Shown here: positions 62,035-64,000 of the stretch, piece after piece
Position numbering within the stretch: position 1 is the first letter of the stretch
Layout of the letters: the number at the start of each line of letters is the position of its first letter
NCBI GenBank assembly: GCA_963770165.1
Contig: CAVYOK010000005.1
Location: 41,409 to 105,408 of the forward strand
Direction: 5' to 3'
Length of the DNA stretch: 64,000 nucleotides
DNA from: an uncultured Actinomycetes bacterium
GTDB taxonomy: Bacteria > Actinomycetota > Thermoleophilia > Solirubrobacterales > Solirubrobacteraceae
Translations under genes and position numbers: made by a program
The notes under the pieces: generated by a model
Told to the model about the DNA's origin: nothing
Database searches by the model: none
The model's input: the letters and a program-made list of their open reading frames with translations, nothing else

Positions 62035-62627
62035 GCATCACCGCCCAAGACGTGAAGGCCCTGCGCGAGCGCACCGGCGCAGGGATGATGGAGTGCAAGA
62101 AGGCCCTCGTCGAGGCGGACGGCGACATCGAGAAGGCGATCGAGGCGCTGCGCGTGAAGGGCATCGCGAAGGCCGAGAAGCGCGGCGAGCGCGAGGCCAC
62201 CGAGGGCACCGTGCAGTCCTACATCCACGCCAACGGCAAGATCGGCGTGCTCGTCGAGATCGACTGCGAGACCGACTTCGTCGCGCGCAACGAGGACTTC
62301 GTCGGCTTCGCCAGGGACCTCGCGCTGCACATCGCGGCGGCCGCACCGGTCGCGGTCGACGAGGACGGCGTGCCGGCCGAGGAGGTCGAGCGCGAGACGC
62401 GCATCGCCGAGGAGCAGTTCGCCGACAAGCCGGACAACATCCGGCCCAACATCGTCAGAGGCAAGGTCGACGCCTGGCTCAAGGAGGTCGTCCTGCTCAA
62501 GCAGGCGCACGTCAACGGCGAGAAGTACGAGGGGCGGACGATCGAGGAGATCCGCGCCGCGCTCGCCGCCAGAACGGGCGAGAACATCGTGATCCGCCGC
62601 TTCACGCGGTTCGCCGTTGGCGACTGA
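62031..62627 (+). CDS. tsf: elongation factor Ts (short form)
   Basis: ATGA overlap with rps[31 protein letters not shown]. Confidence 0.95.
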   Translation: MSITAQDVKALRERTGAGMMECKKALVEADGDIEKAIEALRVKGIAKAEKRGEREATEGTVQSYIHANGKIGVLVEIDCETDFVARNEDFVGFARDLALHIAAAAPVAVDEDGVPAEEVERETRIAEEQFADKPDNIRPNIVRGKVDAWLKEVVLLKQAHVNGEKYEGRTIEEIRAALAARTGENIVIRRFTRFAVGD

Positions 62628-63390
62628 CCCCGAACCGACGACGGTTCCCGTGCCCTCCGAGCACTCGGAGGGCACGGCGCCCGCGTTCAAGCGGGTCATG
62701 CTGAAGTTGTCGGGCGAGGCGCTGCTCGGCGACCAGGACTACGGTGCCGACCCGAAGCGGATCGTGGCGATCGCGAAGCAGATCGCGCGCGTGCACGCGC
62801 GCGGCGTCGAGGTCTGCGTCGTCGTCGGCGCCGGCAACATCTTCCGCGGGGTCGCCGCGCAGGCGGCCGGGATGGACCGCGCGACCGGCGACTACATGGG
62901 CATGCTGGCGACGCTGCTCAACGCGCTGCCGCTGCAGGACGCGCTCGAGAAGGAAGGCGCACCGACGCGCGTGCTGAGCGCGATCGAGATCTCCGAGGTC
63001 GCCGAGCCGTACATCCGCCGCCGCGCGATCCGGCATCTTGAGAAGGGCCGCGTGGTGATCTTCGCCGCCGGCACCGGCAACCCGTTCTTCACGACCGACA
63101 CGGCGGCGGCGCTGCGCGCGACCGAGATGCACGCCGAGGTGATCCTGATGGCCAAGAACGGCGTCGAGGGCGTCTACAGCGCCGACCCTGCGATCGACCC
63201 GAGGGCAGAGTTCATCCCCGAGATCAGTCACATGGAGGCGGTCGAGCGGCGCCTGCGCGTGATGGACACGACGGCGCTCACGCTCTGCATGGAGAACCGC
63301 CTGCCGATCGTCGTCTTCAACATGAACGACGAGGCGAACATCGACCGGATAGTGTGCGGAGACCGCGTCGGAACCCTGGTGAGGTCATGA
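62617..63390 (+). CDS. pyrH: UMP kinase
   Basis: [50 protein letters not shown]. Start uncertain: TTG 62617 or in-frame GTG 62650. Confidence 0.92.
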   Translation: MATDPEPTTVPVPSEHSEGTAPAFKRVMLKLSGEALLGDQDYGADPKRIVAIAKQIARVHARGVEVCVVVGAGNIFRGVAAQAAGMDRATGDYMGMLATLLNALPLQDALEKEGAPTRVLSAIEISEVAEPYIRRRAIRHLEKGRVVIFAAGTGNPFFTTDTAAALRATEMHAEVILMAKNGVEGVYSADPAIDPRAEFIPEISHMEAVERRLRVMDTTALTLCMENRLPIVVFNMNDEANIDRIVCGDRVGTLVRS

Positions 63391-63944
63391 TCGAAGAGCT
63401 GCTGCAGGATGCGCGCGAGCGCATGTCGAAGTCGGTCGAGTCGACGCGCCACGAGTTCGGCTCGGTGCGCACGGGCCGTGCGACGCCGGCGCTGCTGGAC
63501 CGCATCATGGTCGACTACTACGGCACCGCGACGCCGCTGAGACAGCTCGCGACGATCGGTGCGCCGGAAGCGCGCCTGCTGTCGATCCAGCCCTACGACA
63601 AGAGCTCGATCAAGGCGATCGAGAAGGCGATCCTCGAGTCCGACGTGGGCCTCACGCCGAACAACGACGGCAACGTGATCCGGCTCGGCATCCCCGAGCT
63701 GACCGAGGAGCGGCGCAAGGACCTCGTCAAGGTCGTGCGCCACATCGCCGAGGAGGGCCGCATCGCGATCCGCAACATCCGCCGCGACGTGATGCACGAC
63801 CTGCGCGAGCTGCGCGACGCCGGCGAGGCCGGCGCGGACGACGAGCACCGCGCCGAGGTCGAGCTGCAGAAGCTGACCGACGAGAAGGTCGCCGAGCTCG
63901 ACGGGCTGCTGAAGCACAAAGAGGAAGAGATCCTCGAGGTCTGA
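63387..63944 (+). CDS. frr: ribosome recycling factor
   Basis: ATGA overlap with pyrH. ..[44 protein letters not shown].. Confidence 0.96.
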   Translation: MIEELLQDARERMSKSVESTRHEFGSVRTGRATPALLDRIMVDYYGTATPLRQLATIGAPEARLLSIQPYDKSSIKAIEKAILESDVGLTPNNDGNVIRLGIPELTEERRKDLVKVVRHIAEEGRIAIRNIRRDVMHDLRELRDAGEAGADDEHRAEVELQKLTDEKVAELDGLLKHKEEEILEV

Positions 63945-63950
63945 GGCCGC

Positions 63951-64000
63951 GTGCCGTCCGCCGAAGACGACGCAGGCCGCGAGCGCGCGCGCTTCGTCGC
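63951..64000 (+). CDS. possible start of next gene (truncated by window end)
   Basis: GTG 63951 opens VPSAEDDAGRERARFV. Only 16 codons are visible, so identity is unknown. Confidence 0.2.
   Translation, partial: MPSAEDDAGRERARFV

Overview
High-GC, Actinobacteriota-like chromosomal window. The 16S sequence and gene content suggest a deep-branching Thermoleophilia or Rubrobacteria type; this is inference only. It is almost entirely conserved core genome on a dense, mostly plus-strand backbone. Contents in order: a branched-chain amino acid supercluster (ilvBN, ilvC, serA, leuA, leuCDB, ilvE, cimA) interrupted by a complete classical menaquinone cluster (menF, D, H, C, A, B, E plus TetR and a methyltransferase) and by a small patatin/GNAT/XRE module; argH and mpg; two tandem FKBP-like lipoproteins; a class A PBP; tyrS followed by one complete 16S-23S-5S rRNA operon; murA; a hisZGDBHAF operon; a division-cluster tail (pgeF, yggS, sepF, proC, yggT, lspA, rluD); and rpsB-tsf-pyrH-frr. 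I see no transposase, integrase, CRISPR array, toxin-antitoxin pair or recognisable defence system, and I cannot point to a convincing new multi-gene system. The best second-look items are non-coding or architectural: a Leu-rich leader peptide with long-range pairing before leuA, a 165-nt element bounded by 23-nt inverted repeats before rpsB, a roughly 90-nt hairpin masking the cimA ribosome-binding site, an S2 protein with a long repeat-containing tail, and paralogous lipoprotein genes that look leaderless. Many very long ORFs in the track are high-GC antisense or out-of-frame artefacts. Several true starts are internal to listed ORFs and were reassigned from N-terminal family conservation and 4-nt start/stop overlaps.
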